NCBI GenBank assembly: GCA_045535095.1
Contig: JAZSKY010000071.1
Span: 2,095-66,094 of the forward strand
DNA from: Eubacteriales bacterium
Lineage (GTDB): Bacteria > Bacillota > Clostridia > Oscillospirales > CAG-272
Reading direction: 5' to 3'
DNA length: 64,000 nt
Shown: positions 1 to 10,747 of the stretch, one piece after another
Numbering within the stretch: position 1 is the stretch's first letter
How the letters are laid out: each line of letters starts with the position of its first letter
The notes under the pieces: model-generated
Told to the model about the DNA's origin: nothing
Databases searched by the model: none
What the model saw: the letters and a program-made list of their open reading frames with translations, nothing else
Made by a program: the position numbers and the translations under genes

Positions 1-998
1 TTTTGAAGAGACTCGTACTCTATCATTTCCTCCTCTTCTACCATATCGACAAGGCCCTTTGCGTCCTCTATAAGCACGCTCGGTCTTATTTTACTAAGCA
101 GAAGAAGCTTTTGAGCGATATATCTTTCGGACTCATAATAGTCCTTTAAATAGACACATTCCTGATCGAAATATCTCGTTATGACCGTTTTGCCCTCGGA
201 GGTCAGGGTATCTATTGCCTCTACTACCGCGTCTGCGTCACAGCTTATCATAGATGCAACGTGCTCGGCAAGGCGCTTTTTCGGAATGAAGGCGTGTCCG
301 TTTCCGATAGCGTTCGAGGAGAGCGCGTAGGTCACGCACGACTTTATTCTATACGGAGAATTCTCGGCAACTCCAAGCGATTTTGCAAATTCGTCCGCGC
401 GCTCGAAGCCGATTCCGTATATCTCGTCGCAAAGGAGATAGGGGTTTTGCTTTATTATATCGACAGCGCCCGATCCCCACTTTTTAAATATCTTCATTAC
501 GGTCGCAGGGCCGAAATATTCGCGGCAGAAGAGCATCAGTCCTCTCATTCCGAACTGATTTTTGAAAGCTTCGCTTATTTCATTCGCCTTTTTCGGCTTG
601 ATTCCGGGAATATCGCAGAGCAGATGAGGCGCGTTTTCGATAACGTCAAGCGTCTCGCCGCCAAACATAGCAACTATCTTCTCCGCCGTCTTTTTGCCTA
701 TTCCCTTTACAACGCCCGACGCGAGATATTTTATCATCGCCGCGCCCGTTGCGGGAAGCTGCTTTTCGTAATAGACTACCCGAAACTGCTTTCCGTAGCT
801 CGGATGTGTCTCCCATTTTCCCTGCGCGCGGATCATTTCGCCCTCCTGCGTGCAAGGCATTATTCCGACTGCGGTGATAAGCTCCTCGTCGGTCTCAAGA
901 AGGCAAACAGTATAGCCGTTTTCCTTATTTTCATACATTACTGTCTCTACGCTTCCCTCGACTGTGAGAAGCTCTTTTTCGTCGAACAAAGATTCCAT
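1..998 (-). CDS. recD2: RecD2-type SF1B DNA helicase, N-terminal part. The gene runs off the left edge of the window.
   Basis: I translated the minus strand from the ATG at 998, which has GGAGGTG 7 nt upstream. The product reads MESLFDEKELLTVEGSVETVMYENKENGYTVCLLETDEELITAVG...KYLASGVVKGIGKKTAEKIV..., which resembles the RecD2 N-terminus. The frame stays open to position 1. It is absent from the ORF track because no stop codon lies in the window. Confidence 0.75.
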   Translation of the reverse strand, partial: MESLFDEKELLTVEGSVETVMYENKENGYTVCLLETDEELITAVGIMPCTQEGEMIRAQGKWETHPSYGKQFRVVYYEKQLPATGAAMIKYLASGVVKGIGKKTAEKIVAMFGGETLDVIENAPHLLCDIPGIKPKKANEISEAFKNQFGMRGLMLFCREYFGPATVMKIFKKWGSGAVDIIKQNPYLLCDEIYGIGFERADEFAKSLGVAENSPYRIKSCVTYALSSNAIGNGHAFIPKKRLAEHVASMISCDADAVVEAIDTLTSEGKTVITRYFDQECVYLKDYYESERYIAQKLLLLSKIRPSVLIEDAKGLVDMVEEEEMIEYESLQ

Positions 999-1019
999 AC
1001 CGTTTCACCTCCTATAATT

Positions 1020-1154
1020 TTATTTTTTGTTTTTCCGATCTTCCCTGTCTCTTCTTACGTCGTGCCACGCTTTATTAAAAAGCAGTCTCTGCAAAATATA
1101 GAGCGCGAAAACGAGAAGGATCGCAAGAAATATCTCTATTATAAGTTGCAGCAT
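1020..1154 (-). CDS. Hypothetical 44-aa single-pass membrane peptide
   Basis: ATG at 1154 is preceded by GAGGTGA. My translation is MLQLIIEIFLAILLVFALYILQRLLFNKAWHDVRRDREDRKNKK, a hydrophobic helix followed by a basic tail. It sits between metK and recD2. It is too short for the ORF track. Confidence 0.3.
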   Translation of the reverse strand: MLQLIIEIFLAILLVFALYILQRLLFNKAWHDVRRDREDRKNKK

Positions 1155-1201
1155 AGAAATTCACCTCGTAGTTCATTCTATGCCGCACCCTGTTTTTTTG
1201 A

Positions 1202-2380
1202 TTATCCTATAACCGCCGCTTTGATTTTATCGGCAACGTCGGTCTTTTCCCACGCTACGCCGAGATCCTCGCGTCCCATGTGACCGTATGCCGCAAGGGG
1301 TGCGTAGATAGGCTTACGAAGGTCAAATTTCTCGATAATTGCCGCAGGACGAAGGTCAACGATCTTTGATACTGCCTCGGAAATTGCCTCGTCAGAATAC
1401 TCGGACGTGCCGAATGTATCTATCATTACCGAAACCGGCTTTGCAACGCCGATCGCGTAAGCAAGCTGAACCTCGCACTTCTTTGCAAGTCCTGCCGCTA
1501 CGATATTCTTTGCAACGTATCTTGCAGCGTAAGCCGCGCTTCTATCAACCTTTGTCGGATCCTTACCCGAGAAAGCGCCGCCGCCGTGTCTGCCATATCC
1601 ACCGTAGGTGTCAACGATGATCTTTCTTCCGGTAAGTCCGCTATCGCCCTGAGGTCCGCCGATAACGAAGCGTCCCGTGGGGTTTACGTATATCTTGGTC
1701 TCGCTATCAAGAAGCTCTGCGGGAACGGTGGGGATTATTACCTCGTTTATAATATCCTCTCTGATCTTCTCCTGAGTTACCTCGGGATCGTGCTGGGAGG
1801 AGATAACAACGGTGTCAACTCTTACGGGCTTATCGTCCTCATATTCGACCGTAACCTGTGTCTTTCCGTCAGGACGGAGATATGCGAGCTTTCCGCACTT
1901 ACGCGCGTTTGTGAGCGCCTTTGCAAGCTTATGAGCGAGCGAAATGGGAAGAGGCATAAGCTCGGGAGTCTCGTCGGACGCATATCCGAACATCATTCCC
2001 TGGTCGCCTGCGCCAATATCGTACTTATCCTCGTCGCCGTTTTTAGCCTCGAGAGATTTATCAACTCCCTTTGCGATATCGGGCGACTGACTGTGTATTG
2101 CGCTGATGACAGCACAGGTATCGCAGTCAAATCCGTACTTTGCTCTATCGTATCCGATCTCTCTTACCGCCTCGCGGATGATGTCGTCATACTTTACGAC
2201 AGCGCTTGTGGTGATCTCTCCCATTACCGAAATTATGCCCGTAGTTGTGGTAGTTTCGCACGCAACACGCGCCATGGGATCCTGCGCCAGAATGGCGTCG
2301 AGTATCGAGTCGGAGATCTTATCGCAGATCTTATCGGGATGTCCCTCGGTTACAGATTCTGATGTAAAAAGTTTTTTCAT
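1202..2380 (-). CDS. metK: S-adenosylmethionine synthetase
   Basis: 392 aa. Contains [30 protein letters not shown] and GGGAFSGKD motifs. AGGAAGG RBS upstream. Confidence 0.97.
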   Translation of the reverse strand: MKKLFTSESVTEGHPDKICDKISDSILDAILAQDPMARVACETTTTTGIISVMGEITTSAVVKYDDIIREAVREIGYDRAKYGFDCDTCAVISAIHSQSPDIAKGVDKSLEAKNGDEDKYDIGAGDQGMMFGYASDETPELMPLPISLAHKLAKALTNARKCGKLAYLRPDGKTQVTVEYEDDKPVRVDTVVISSQHDPEVTQEKIREDIINEVIIPTVPAELLDSETKIYVNPTGRFVIGGPQGDSGLTGRKIIVDTYGGYGRHGGGAFSGKDPTKVDRSAAYAARYVAKNIVAAGLAKKCEVQLAYAIGVAKPVSVMIDTFGTSEYSDEAISEAVSKIVDLRPAAIIEKFDLRKPIYAPLAAYGHMGREDLGVAWEKTDVADKIKAAVIG

Positions 2381-2415
2381 TTTTTAGCCTTCCTTTATTT
2401 TTCTTGTTTTGGAGG

Positions 2416-2454
2416 CAAACAAAAGAGCGTCAGTCAGTTTCCCGCAGACGCTCG
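2416..2454 (-). terminator. Intrinsic terminator forming the expression platform of the SAM riboswitch
   Basis: On the minus strand: GAGCGTC, a 15-nt loop, GACGCTC, then TTTTGTTTG. It lies between the aptamer and the metK RBS. Confidence 0.7.
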
Positions 2455-2465
2455 CATTTATTTTG

Positions 2466-2557
2466 CTCTCATCTCTTAGGAATTGGCACCTTCCCGAAAA
2501 GGTCTCGGCAGGTTGCCGTAGGATCAACGGGCCTATCCCTCCCCTACTCTTGATGAT
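2466..2557 (-). promoter_or_regulatory. SAM-I (S-box) riboswitch aptamer
   Basis: The minus strand reads ATCATCAAGAGTAGGGGAGGGATAGGCCCGTTGATCCTACGGCAACC...GGTGCCAATTCCTAAGAGATGAGAG. This matches the S-box conserved cores and sits directly upstream of metK. Confidence 0.9.
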
Positions 2558-2633
2558 CTATTAGATTCAAGTAGAATTATAACACACAGAGTGTGCTATG
2601 TCAAGTATTTTGAAGCGGATTTTTTGATTTTTT

Positions 2634-3137
2634 TCAGGCAAAAACGCCAAACGCCGCGACCACTCCGTAGGACGCGAGAGTCATTATCACGCCTGCTATC
2701 ATAACTCCGAAAAGGCAGGAAAGAACCGCCTTCCAGAACTTCATATCGATAGTTGCGGCAACGAGAGAGCCTGTCCACGCACCCGTTACGGGAAGCGGAA
2801 TTGCAACGAAAAGGCAAACTCCCCAGAACGAGTACTTTTCTATCTTATCGCGGTTTTTATCGGCTTTTTTAGTGAGCCAAAGGGCAAATTTTCTGAGAAA
2901 TGCCACGCGACAGGACGAGAGATACTCTATTATCTTTTTAATAAAAAGGAGAATAAACGGAACCGGAATCATATTTCCGATAACGGCAAGAATATAATTC
3001 TGCCACCACGGAAGTCCGAGCGCCGCTCCAAGCGGTATTGCGCCTCTCAGCTCAATGATCGGGATCACCGAGCAAAGCATCACGCACAGCTCTTCTCCGA
3101 GAGTTTCAAGAAAAAACTGCTGTATGATCTCTTTCAT
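2634..3137 (-). CDS. Small membrane protein of the COG2426 / Sm_multidrug_ex family
   Basis: 167 aa with 4-5 TM segments. IIELRGAIPLGAALGLPWW motif and AGAGGA RBS. Confidence 0.6.
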   Translation of the reverse strand: MKEIIQQFFLETLGEELCVMLCSVIPIIELRGAIPLGAALGLPWWQNYILAVIGNMIPVPFILLFIKKIIEYLSSCRVAFLRKFALWLTKKADKNRDKIEKYSFWGVCLFVAIPLPVTGAWTGSLVAATIDMKFWKAVLSCLFGVMIAGVIMTLASYGVVAAFGVFA

Positions 3138-3148
3138 AAAATCCTCTT

Positions 3149-3736
3149 TTAAAGGTGTAGTATTTTAGAGAGCCTCTTATAAAGAAGCAGTGCTATACCC
3201 GAGCACAAAAGTCCCTTCACGATATTGAAAGGAACGACCGCGAAAAGCACGAAGGTTGCTTTATCGTGGATAAATCCCGTAACTGCCGCGCCTGCGGCGA
3301 TTATCGAGTCAAGCGGCATAAACGCCGAATACATCGGGAGCATAATATAGTAGTTGATAAGTCCGCCTACAATAGCAAGCGAGACTATTCCGATCGCCAT
3401 TCCGACGAGCGCGCCCTTCAGCGATTTTCTGTACTTATAAACGAGCGCCGCAGGTACTGTGAGACAGCATCCCGTGACGAAATTGGCAAATTCGCCGACA
3501 AATCCCGTCGTCGTTCCGTTTATCAGAATGTTAAGGACGTTCTTGACAAACTCCATAATGAGCGCCGCGAGCGGTCCCATTGCAAAGCCGCCCATCATTA
3601 TTACCGACTCGCTGAGGTCGAGCTCGTAAAAGCTCGGCGCGATGAAAACTATCGGAAATTCAAAGAGCATAACGAGCACTGAAAGCGCCGAAAGGAGTCC
3701 TATTTTTACTATGTATCTTACCCTTGTGTTTTTCAT
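3149..3736 (-). CDS. ribU: ECF-transporter S component, riboflavin transporter
   Basis: The ORF-track frame is trimmed to the ATG at 3736 (MKNTRVRYIVKIG...), which follows GGAGAAAG. The protein is polytopic and ECF-S-like. The FMN riboswitch directly upstream supports the substrate call. Confidence 0.8.
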   Translation of the reverse strand: MKNTRVRYIVKIGLLSALSVLVMLFEFPIVFIAPSFYELDLSESVIMMGGFAMGPLAALIMEFVKNVLNILINGTTTGFVGEFANFVTGCCLTVPAALVYKYRKSLKGALVGMAIGIVSLAIVGGLINYYIMLPMYSAFMPLDSIIAAGAAVTGFIHDKATFVLFAVVPFNIVKGLLCSGIALLLYKRLSKILHL

Positions 3737-3811
3737 TTTTCTTTCTCCTATATATAAAATATCGGAGAAAAGACAGTGCAATATTGCCGTAAATACGGGG
3801 AAATTAAAGTT

Positions 3812-3925
3812 CTATCTTTTCTCATCCGGCCTTTACCGTCGGTGCAGGAATTTCACCTGCTCGGCGCTTTTTAAGCGTTTGCGGACTCTACCGCCGGTGT
3901 GGAATTTCACCAATCTCTCAAAGTA
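3812..3925 (-). promoter_or_regulatory. FMN riboswitch (RFN element)
   Basis: The minus strand reads GGTGAAATTCCACACCGGCGGTAGAGTCCGC...CAGGTGAAATTCCTGCACCGACGGTAAAGGCCGGATGAGAAAAG. Both halves of the RFN consensus are present. Confidence 0.88.
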
Positions 3926-3935
3926 TAGTATATAA

Positions 3936-3966
3936 AAATTACGGCGGGCGGTTACCCGCCCGCCGT
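3936..3966 (-). terminator. Intrinsic terminator after tuf
   Basis: Minus strand: ACGGCGGGCGGG-TAA-CCGCCCGCCGT followed by AATTTTT. Confidence 0.85.
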
Positions 3967-3991
3967 ATGCGTTCAAGTTATATTATTAAAC

Positions 3992-5197
3992 TTACGCGAG
4001 GATCTCAGCAACAACGCCCGATCCTACGGTTCTACCACCCTCACGGATAGCGAAACGGAGTCCCTTTTCGATAGCGATAGGAGTGATAAGCTCAACGCTC
4101 ATATCAACGTTATCGCCAGGACGGCACATTTCAACGCCGTCGGGAAGAGTGATGGTTCCGGTAACGTCGGTAGTTCTGAAATAGAACTGAGGTCTGTAAC
4201 CAGCGAAGAAGGGCTTCTGACGTCCGCCTTCCTTCTCGGTAAGAACGTAAACCTGTCCAACGAACTTGGTGTGGGGCTGAACCGAACCGGGCTTACAGAG
4301 AACCTGTCCACGCTCGATCTCGTTCTTAGCTACGCCACGGAGAAGTGCACCGATGTTGTCACCAGCCTGAGCCTCGTCAACGATCTTGTGGAACATCTCA
4401 ACACCGGTAACGGTGGTGGAAGCCTTCTCGTCGGAAAGACCAACGATTTCGCAAACGTCACCGATCTTAACGGTACCACGCTCTACTCTACCGGTAGCAA
4501 CGGTACCACGTCCCGAGATCGAGAATACGTCCTCGACGGGCATAAGGAAAGGAAGATCGGACATACGGTCGGGAGTAGGAATGAAGGAGTCAACTTCGTT
4601 CATGAGCTCAAGGATAGGAGCGTACTCGGGCGAGCTGAGGTCGGTAGAAGCCGACTCAAGAGCGTCACGAGCAGAACCGCGAACGATACGAGTATCGTCG
4701 CCGGGGATGTCGGACTGCGAGAGAAGATCACGGATCTCCATGTCAACGAGGTCGAGAAGCTCATCGTCGTCAACGAGGTCGGTCTTGTTCATGAATACAA
4801 CGATTGCAGGAACGCCAACCTGACCAGCGAGAAGAACGTGCTCTCTGGTCTGCTGAAGAGGACCGTCGGTACCTGCAACAACAAGGATAGCGCCGTCCAT
4901 CTGAGCTGCACCGGTGATCATGTTTTTAACATAGTCAGCGTGTCCGGGGCAGTCAACGTGAGCGTAGTGACGAGCGTCGGTCTCGTACTCAACGTGACGG
5001 GTGTTAATTGTGATTCCTCTTGCTCTCTCTTCGGGAGCGTTGTCGATCTGGTCGTATGCCATGAACTCGACAGTGCCGGTCTTAAGACCGAGGGTCTTGG
5101 TGATAGCCGCAGTAAGGGTGGTCTTACCATGGTCAACGTGACCGATAGTACCAATGTTTACGTGCGGTTTGGTGCGTTCAAACTTAGCTTTTGCCAT
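3992..5197 (-). CDS. tuf: Elongation factor Tu
   Basis: 401 aa. [32 protein letters not shown], with DCPGH and NKTD motifs. Confidence 0.98.
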   Translation of the reverse strand: MAKAKFERTKPHVNIGTIGHVDHGKTTLTAAITKTLGLKTGTVEFMAYDQIDNAPEERARGITINTRHVEYETDARHYAHVDCPGHADYVKNMITGAAQMDGAILVVAGTDGPLQQTREHVLLAGQVGVPAIVVFMNKTDLVDDDELLDLVDMEIRDLLSQSDIPGDDTRIVRGSARDALESASTDLSSPEYAPILELMNEVDSFIPTPDRMSDLPFLMPVEDVFSISGRGTVATGRVERGTVKIGDVCEIVGLSDEKASTTVTGVEMFHKIVDEAQAGDNIGALLRGVAKNEIERGQVLCKPGSVQPHTKFVGQVYVLTEKEGGRQKPFFAGYRPQFYFRTTDVTGTITLPDGVEMCRPGDNVDMSVELITPIAIEKGLRFAIREGGRTVGSGVVAEILA

Positions 5198-5244
5198 TGT
5201 AAATTACCTCCTGGATAATTATAATTTTTATTTTTATTTTTTAT

Positions 5245-7317
5245 TTATGCTTTTTTCTTTATGATCTCTTCCTGGATGCTTCTGGGCACTTCTGCGAAGT
5301 GGCTGGGCTCCATGGAATAGTTTCCGCGTCCCTGAGTAGAGGAACGAAGGTCGGTAGCATATCCGAACATCGTCGAAAGCGGAACTTCTGCGATGATTTC
5401 GGCAGTTCCCTTGTTGTCTTCCATGGAAACAACGTTTCCGCGGCGAGACGAGAAGCCACCGATTACGTTACCCATGTATTCCGAAGGAACAACGGTAACA
5501 ACCTTCATAATAGGCTCGGTAAGAACGGGGTCGGCCTTTCTCATAGCTTCCTTGAATGCCATAGATCCGGCAATCTTGAACGCCATTTCCGAAGAGTCAA
5601 CCTCGTGGTAAGAACCATCGTAAAGGGTGATCTTGATGTCAACAGTGTTATATCCTGCAACGACACCGGTGAGCATTGCGTCTCTGATACCTGCGTCAAC
5701 TGCGGATATATATTCCTTGGGTACTACGCCACCGACGATAGCGTCGATAAACTCGTATCCCTTGCCGGGCTCGTTAGGCTCGAGCTTGATCTTAACGTGA
5801 CCGTACTGACCCTTACCACCGGACTGTCTGACGAACTTACCTTCTGCCTCAACTGCCTTACGAGCGGTTTCCTTGTAGGATACCTGAGGCTTACCGATGT
5901 TAGCTTCTACCTTAAATTCTCTGAGAAGTCTGTCAACGATAACTTCGAGGTGGAGCTCACCCATTCCTGCGATAATAGTCTGACCGGTCTCCTCGTCAGT
6001 ATAGGTTCTAAAGGTCGGGTCTTCTTCTGCAAGCTTTGCAAGTGCGAGACCGATCTTCTCCTGTCCTGCCTTGGTCTTAGGCTCGATAGCAACCTTAATA
6101 ACGGGTTCCGGGAACTCCATCGACTCGAGGATTACCTCGTCAGCGCCCTCAAGGCAGAGGGTATCACCGGTCGTGGTGTTCTTAAGACCTACTACTGCGG
6201 CGATATCGCCTGCGTAGCAAACGTTTATATCCTTTCTGTCGTAAGCGTGCATCTGGAGAATTCTTCCCATACGCTCGCGCTGTTTCTTCGAGGAGTTGTA
6301 AACGGTGGTTCCTACCGGAATCGTACCCGAAAATACTCTGAAGAAGCAGAGTTTTCCAACATAGGGGTCGGTCATGATCTTGAACGCGAGAGCCGAGAAG
6401 GGTGCGTTATCGTCCGAAGGACGTTCAACCTCTTCACCGTCTTCGTTTATACCGCGGATAGCGGGAACGTCGAGAGGCGAGGGCATGAAGTCAACGATAG
6501 CGTCAAGAAGCTTCTGTACTCCCTTGTTCTTATAAGAGGTTCCGCAAACTACGGGTACAAGCTGGTTAGCTATAGTAGCCTTACGGAGTGCTGCCTTAAG
6601 CTCGTCAACCGTGATTTCCTCGTCCATAAGGAACTTCTCCATCAGGTCGTCGTCTGTTGCAGCGATGGCCTCTACCATCTTCTGTCTGTATTCTTCTGCG
6701 ATTTCTACCATATCAGCGGGAATCGGCTCAACTCTCATGTCTTTTCCGAGGTCATCGTAATAAACGTCTGCCTCCATGTTCATAAGGTCAACGATTCCTC
6801 TGAAGGTATCTTCTGCTCCGATGGGGAGCTGGATCGGTACCGGGTTCGTCTTAAGTCTGTCAACGAGCATTCCTACAACGCGGTAGAAATCGGCACCCAT
6901 TATATCCATTTTGTTGATGTAACACATTCTCGGAACGCGATACTTATCAGCCTGTCTCCAAACGGTTTCAGACTGAGGCTCAACTCCGCCCTTTGCGCAA
7001 AGAACGGTAACTGCTCCGTCAAGAACTCTGAGCGAACGCTCAACCTCTACGGTAAAGTCAACGTGTCCGGGGGTGTCAATGATGTTGACACGGCGGCCCT
7101 TCCAGAAACAGGTGGTTGCAGCCGAAGTAATGGTAATACCCCTTTCCTTCTCCTGCTCCATCCAGTCCATGGTTGCCGTACCCTCGTGGGTATCACCGAT
7201 CTTGTGATTTACACCGGTATAGTAGAGTATTCTTTCGGTCGTAGTCGTCTTTCCGGCGTCGATATGAGCCATGATTCCGATGTTACGAGTATTCTCAAGT
7301 GAATATTCTCTTGGCAT
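5245..7317 (-). CDS. fusA: Elongation factor G
   Basis: 690 aa. [24 protein letters not shown], with DTPGHVDF and NKMD motifs. Confidence 0.98.
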   Translation of the reverse strand: MPREYSLENTRNIGIMAHIDAGKTTTTERILYYTGVNHKIGDTHEGTATMDWMEQEKERGITITSAATTCFWKGRRVNIIDTPGHVDFTVEVERSLRVLDGAVTVLCAKGGVEPQSETVWRQADKYRVPRMCYINKMDIMGADFYRVVGMLVDRLKTNPVPIQLPIGAEDTFRGIVDLMNMEADVYYDDLGKDMRVEPIPADMVEIAEEYRQKMVEAIAATDDDLMEKFLMDEEITVDELKAALRKATIANQLVPVVCGTSYKNKGVQKLLDAIVDFMPSPLDVPAIRGINEDGEEVERPSDDNAPFSALAFKIMTDPYVGKLCFFRVFSGTIPVGTTVYNSSKKQRERMGRILQMHAYDRKDINVCYAGDIAAVVGLKNTTTGDTLCLEGADEVILESMEFPEPVIKVAIEPKTKAGQEKIGLALAKLAEEDPTFRTYTDEETGQTIIAGMGELHLEVIVDRLLREFKVEANIGKPQVSYKETARKAVEAEGKFVRQSGGKGQYGHVKIKLEPNEPGKGYEFIDAIVGGVVPKEYISAVDAGIRDAMLTGVVAGYNTVDIKITLYDGSYHEVDSSEMAFKIAGSMAFKEAMRKADPVLTEPIMKVVTVVPSEYMGNVIGGFSSRRGNVVSMEDNKGTAEIIAEVPLSTMFGYATDLRSSTQGRGNYSMEPSHFAEVPRSIQEEIIKKKA

Positions 7318-7410
7318 AGACTTTTTTCTCCTTTATTTTAATTCAAAGCGTAACATTTAATATTGTTTGTGGTTTTTTAGGCTGCTTCTTTAAAGACGCG
7401 GCCGCTACAA

Positions 7411-7881
7411 TTAATATCTGTAATGTGCAAACGCTTTGTTAGCCTCTGCCATTCTGTGCGTTTCGTCTTTTTTCTTGATTGCGCCACCCATATTGTTGGC
7501 AGCATCCATGATCTCGCCAGCAAGACGCTCAGCCATCGTCTTCTCGCTACGAGTTCTGGCAAAATTTCTGATCCAACGAAGTCCAAGGGTCTGTCTTCTC
7601 TCGGGTCTTACTTCCATAGGAACCTGGTAAGTAGAACCACCAAGACGGCGAGCCTTAACCTCGAGAACCGGCATTACGTTTTCGAGAGCTTCGGTGAAAA
7701 CCTCAAGTCCGCTTCTGCCCGTCTTTTCTTCAACGGCCTTGAATGCGTCATATACGATCTTCTGAGCCACGCCTCTCTTACCGTCATACATGATGTTATT
7801 GATAAGCTTGGTTACGAGCTTAGAATTATACACCGGATCCGGTAATACGTCTCTTTTGGAAATTTGTCCTCTTCTCGGCAC
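7411..7881 (-). CDS. rpsG: 30S ribosomal protein S7
   Basis: Start re-set to the GTG at 7881, which follows GGAGGGAAG. This gives (M)[19 protein letters not shown] and 156 aa. The track's longer ATG start adds a non-S7 leader. Confidence 0.95.
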   Translation of the reverse strand: MPRRGQISKRDVLPDPVYNSKLVTKLINNIMYDGKRGVAQKIVYDAFKAVEEKTGRSGLEVFTEALENVMPVLEVKARRLGGSTYQVPMEVRPERRQTLGLRWIRNFARTRSEKTMAERLAGEIMDAANNMGGAIKKKDETHRMAEANKAFAHYRY

Positions 7882-8062
7882 TGTACTTCCCTCCTTCATA
7901 ATAATAAATGATATCATAGGTACTCGAAAGATTTCTTCCGTAAATGCAAAGTCGATAATGTGATATAACTTTAAAGGTTATTTAAAATCAACAGTGTCGG
8001 CACTCTGCTTTAAACGATAAAGAATTTAATACCTTTTTTCGGATTTCTCCGAGGTTTAGAGC

Positions 8063-8479
8063 TTACTTCTTCTTAGCTCTCTTTGCGCCGTACTTAGAAC
8101 GGCTCTGCATACGTTTATCAACGCCCTGTGTATCAAGCGTACCGCGAATGATGTGGTAACGTACACCGGGAAGGTCACGAACTCTTCCTCCGCGAATAAG
8201 CACTACCGAGTGCTCCTGAAGGTTATGTCCGATTCCGGGGATGTAGGTCGTAGCTTCAAGTCCGTTGGTAAGTCTTACTCTGGCGATCTTACGAAGAGCC
8301 GAGTTAGGCTTCTTAGGGCTAGTGGTCGAAACCTTAGTGCAGACGCCTCTCTTCTGAGGGGAGCTCTGGTTGGTAGGCTCGTTCTTCAGAGTGTTGAAGC
8401 CCTTCTGCAAAGCTGCAGCCTTGGACAGATAAACCTTATCGTGTCTGCCTTGTCTGACAAGCTGGTTAAATGTTGGCAT
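8063..8479 (-). CDS. rpsL: 30S ribosomal protein S12
   Basis: 138 aa. [12 protein letters not shown]...[14 protein letters not shown]... Confidence 0.98.
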   Translation of the reverse strand: MPTFNQLVRQGRHDKVYLSKAAALQKGFNTLKNEPTNQSSPQKRGVCTKVSTTSPKKPNSALRKIARVRLTNGLEATTYIPGIGHNLQEHSVVLIRGGRVRDLPGVRYHIIRGTLDTQGVDKRMQSRSKYGAKRAKKK

Positions 8480-8574
8480 GTGGCACCTCCTTACTGTTGA
8501 TCTTAAGTTTAAAATTATATCGCTGACAGTGCAAATCTATGGGCTGACATAACTTTACACCATAAGACTTTAAG

Positions 8575-8603
8575 ATTATACCATTTTTCTTTCAAAATGT
8601 CAA
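8575..8603 (-). promoter_or_regulatory. Sigma-A-type promoter of the str operon
   Basis: Minus strand: TTGACA (8603-8598), a 17-nt spacer, then TATAAT (8580-8575). It lies about 95 nt upstream of rpsL. Confidence 0.7.
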
Positions 8604-8711
8604 GTATATTTTTGAAGCAAAATATTTTCTACAATTTGCACAACTTTTGTGCCTCGCAGTATATTAACTTGCACAATTTTTGCATCTTTTATACAAAAAA
8701 TGAACTTTTTA

Positions 8712-8742
8712 ACAAAAAATGCGAACGCCAAGCGGCGTTCGC
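8712..8742 (-). terminator. Intrinsic terminator after the lipoprotein gene
   Basis: Minus strand: GCGAACGCC-GCTT-GGCGTTCGC followed by ATTTTTTGTT. Confidence 0.8.
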
Positions 8743-8777
8743 ATCCTTTATTATTATAACAAACTACTAAATCGGGA

Positions 8778-10478
8778 TCAAAACTCGAGGTCGGGGATAA
8801 CCGGTTCTGCGTTCATTACACCGTGCCAGGTCATATACTGGTTATAGTAGGATATGGGCATTTCCTTCTTCGTGGACATTGCCGCTGCGTAGTAGGGGTC
8901 TGCCTTGAGCCAGTCGTTGAGCGACTTATAGAACTCGTCGAAGGTCATCATCTTACCGGTGTTTTCGTTGAGAGCGTCGGTATAGGTTGCAACCTTGAGC
9001 CAAAGCTCATCGTAGAGCATCTCGAGGTGATTGCTGAGATCGGCAACCGAAATACCGTCAACGGGATCGAGAGTGTAGTCAAGCTCGAATCCGATGGTGG
9101 GGCTGAGAATTGTCTCTCCGGACATCTGCTTTGCAAGCGCCCAGTCGTTTGCCGAAAGCTCAAGCTCGACTGCGGTCATATCCGAGGACTGCTTGGTGAG
9201 GAAGAGGTTTCCGACTCTGTATCTGTTCATCTCGTATCCCGAGTTTTCGATCTTGGTGACCATCTTGCCGGTGATATCGAGAGTGTAGTGGGTATCGAGA
9301 ACTCCGTAGAGGAGAGTGTTGACGAAGTTTGCGTTAGTCGAGAAGAGCGAAAGTACCTTGAACGCTCTGTCGGGAGCGGACGAGTACGAGCAAACGCCGT
9401 ACATTGAGCCAAATACCGACTCGGTATCTGCCACGGGCGAGCAAACGGGGATAGCGTAATAATCCTCGGTGTACTCTGCGATGGTTACGGGGTTACCCTT
9501 AACGTATCCTGCGGCAAAGTCCTTGGAAAGATCGACGGTGTCGGTCATTTCGGGAAGAACTGCGCCGAGCGCGTCAAGCGCGCATATAGTCTCGATGTGG
9601 GACGAAACGATATTCTCGGAGAGAATGCTTACGGGTGTGAAGATACCGGTAGAGAGCGCGGACTGGTCAACACCGGGCATATAGTGTCCGATAACGCTGT
9701 TTCTGCCCGACATTCCGTAGAATCCCATATCGGAGATATTGTAGAGCGGAATAACGCCCTCTTCCTTCTCAGCAACCTTGAGAATGTAGTCGCTGATAGA
9801 GGTGATGTTCTTGATGCTGTCAGAGGCAACCGTTCCGTACTTGGTGTAAAGAGCCTTGTTTACGAGAAGATACTCGTACTCTCCGTAAACAGAGTTTCCG
9901 GGGATAGCGTAGGTAGAGCCGCTGTAATTACCGAATTCACGAATGTTTGCAGGTATGTAGGACGAGATAAGAGTTCCCTCTCCGTCAACCGAGGTCATAC
10001 AGTCGGATCCGCCGATTCCGTAGAGCCAGCCGTTGTTAGCGTACTCACGGATCATAAGGGGATCGGTTACGAGAAGTATATCTACCTGATTTTCGTACGG
10101 CTCGAGATACTTGATCTCCTCGCGTCCGAATTCGTTAACGGTATAGGATTCTCCGCTTATAATGGACGAGCCGAGAGTTCCCTCGTAATCGGCATCCTGA
10201 AGCTTCTGCATCTTATCGTCCATTGCAGCGCGGTACTGATCGGGTGTATAAAATTCAAGCTCGACAGCTATGTTGTAAAGCTGGCTGGTGATCGAGGTAA
10301 GCTCCTTTTCTACGAGCTTCTCAGCCTCTGCCGTGGGTATTTCATCGGCGATCATAGCTATTACGACAGTCATTGCGTTAGCAGAGCTTCTCTTCGAGGT
10401 ATATTCGTCATTACAACCAACGAGAGTCATAACGAGCATTGCTGCGAGAAGAAGCATGGCAACGATTCTCTTTTTCAT
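8778..10478 (-). CDS. Large extracellular solute-binding lipoprotein (family-1 ABC SBP-like), orphan
   Basis: 566 aa. Lipobox LVGC after the signal peptide MKKRIVAMLLLAAMLVMT. Size and composition resemble LplA-type sugar-binding proteins. No permease genes are adjacent. Confidence 0.5.
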   Translation of the reverse strand: MKKRIVAMLLLAAMLVMTLVGCNDEYTSKRSSANAMTVVIAMIADEIPTAEAEKLVEKELTSITSQLYNIAVELEFYTPDQYRAAMDDKMQKLQDADYEGTLGSSIISGESYTVNEFGREEIKYLEPYENQVDILLVTDPLMIREYANNGWLYGIGGSDCMTSVDGEGTLISSYIPANIREFGNYSGSTYAIPGNSVYGEYEYLLVNKALYTKYGTVASDSIKNITSISDYILKVAEKEEGVIPLYNISDMGFYGMSGRNSVIGHYMPGVDQSALSTGIFTPVSILSENIVSSHIETICALDALGAVLPEMTDTVDLSKDFAAGYVKGNPVTIAEYTEDYYAIPVCSPVADTESVFGSMYGVCSYSSAPDRAFKVLSLFSTNANFVNTLLYGVLDTHYTLDITGKMVTKIENSGYEMNRYRVGNLFLTKQSSDMTAVELELSANDWALAKQMSGETILSPTIGFELDYTLDPVDGISVADLSNHLEMLYDELWLKVATYTDALNENTGKMMTFDEFYKSLNDWLKADPYYAAAMSTKKEMPISYYNQYMTWHGVMNAEPVIPDLEF

Positions 10479-10537
10479 TACTTTATTTCCTCCTTGAAGT
10501 AAAACCGCTTCGCGGTACAGATGTTTACAACATTACT

Positions 10538-10566
10538 ATTTTACACTATCGCAGCGATTCTGTCAA
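10538..10566 (-). promoter_or_regulatory. Sigma-A-type promoter for the lipoprotein gene
   Basis: Minus strand: TTGACA (10566-10561), a 17-nt spacer, then TAAAAT (10543-10538). Confidence 0.6.
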
Positions 10567-10747
10567 GATGTCCCGCCTCGCTATCGCGGGGTATTTTCGG
10601 GGATATTGGGCGCAATTTTAAAGTATTAACACTTTATTCATTCATTTTGAACAATAAACGGCTGCCCGATTTCAACAAAATTACCACTGACGTTGTGAAA
10701 CAGTAACAAATTTACGGTACTGTAATTGTATGTTATGCCGATTTTAA

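Noticed and set aside
5299-7302. Very long antisense ORFs opposite highly expressed or long genes: 667 aa opposite fusA, plus 261-1283, 1586-2362, 4271-5218, 10790-12013, 12140-13198, 29914-31575, 36504-37556, 48472-50223 and 53542-54951.
   Set aside because: Each lies fully inside a confidently identified gene on the other strand. Their translations are low-complexity (rich in R, S, V and L) with no motifs and no RBS. They are the expected by-product of codon bias, which depletes stop codons in the antisense frame.
7882-7917. The longer ATG start for rpsG ([13 protein letters not shown]…).
   Set aside because: The GTG at 7881 is preceded by GGAGGGAAG at proper spacing and yields the universal S7 N-terminus PRRG and the standard 156 aa.
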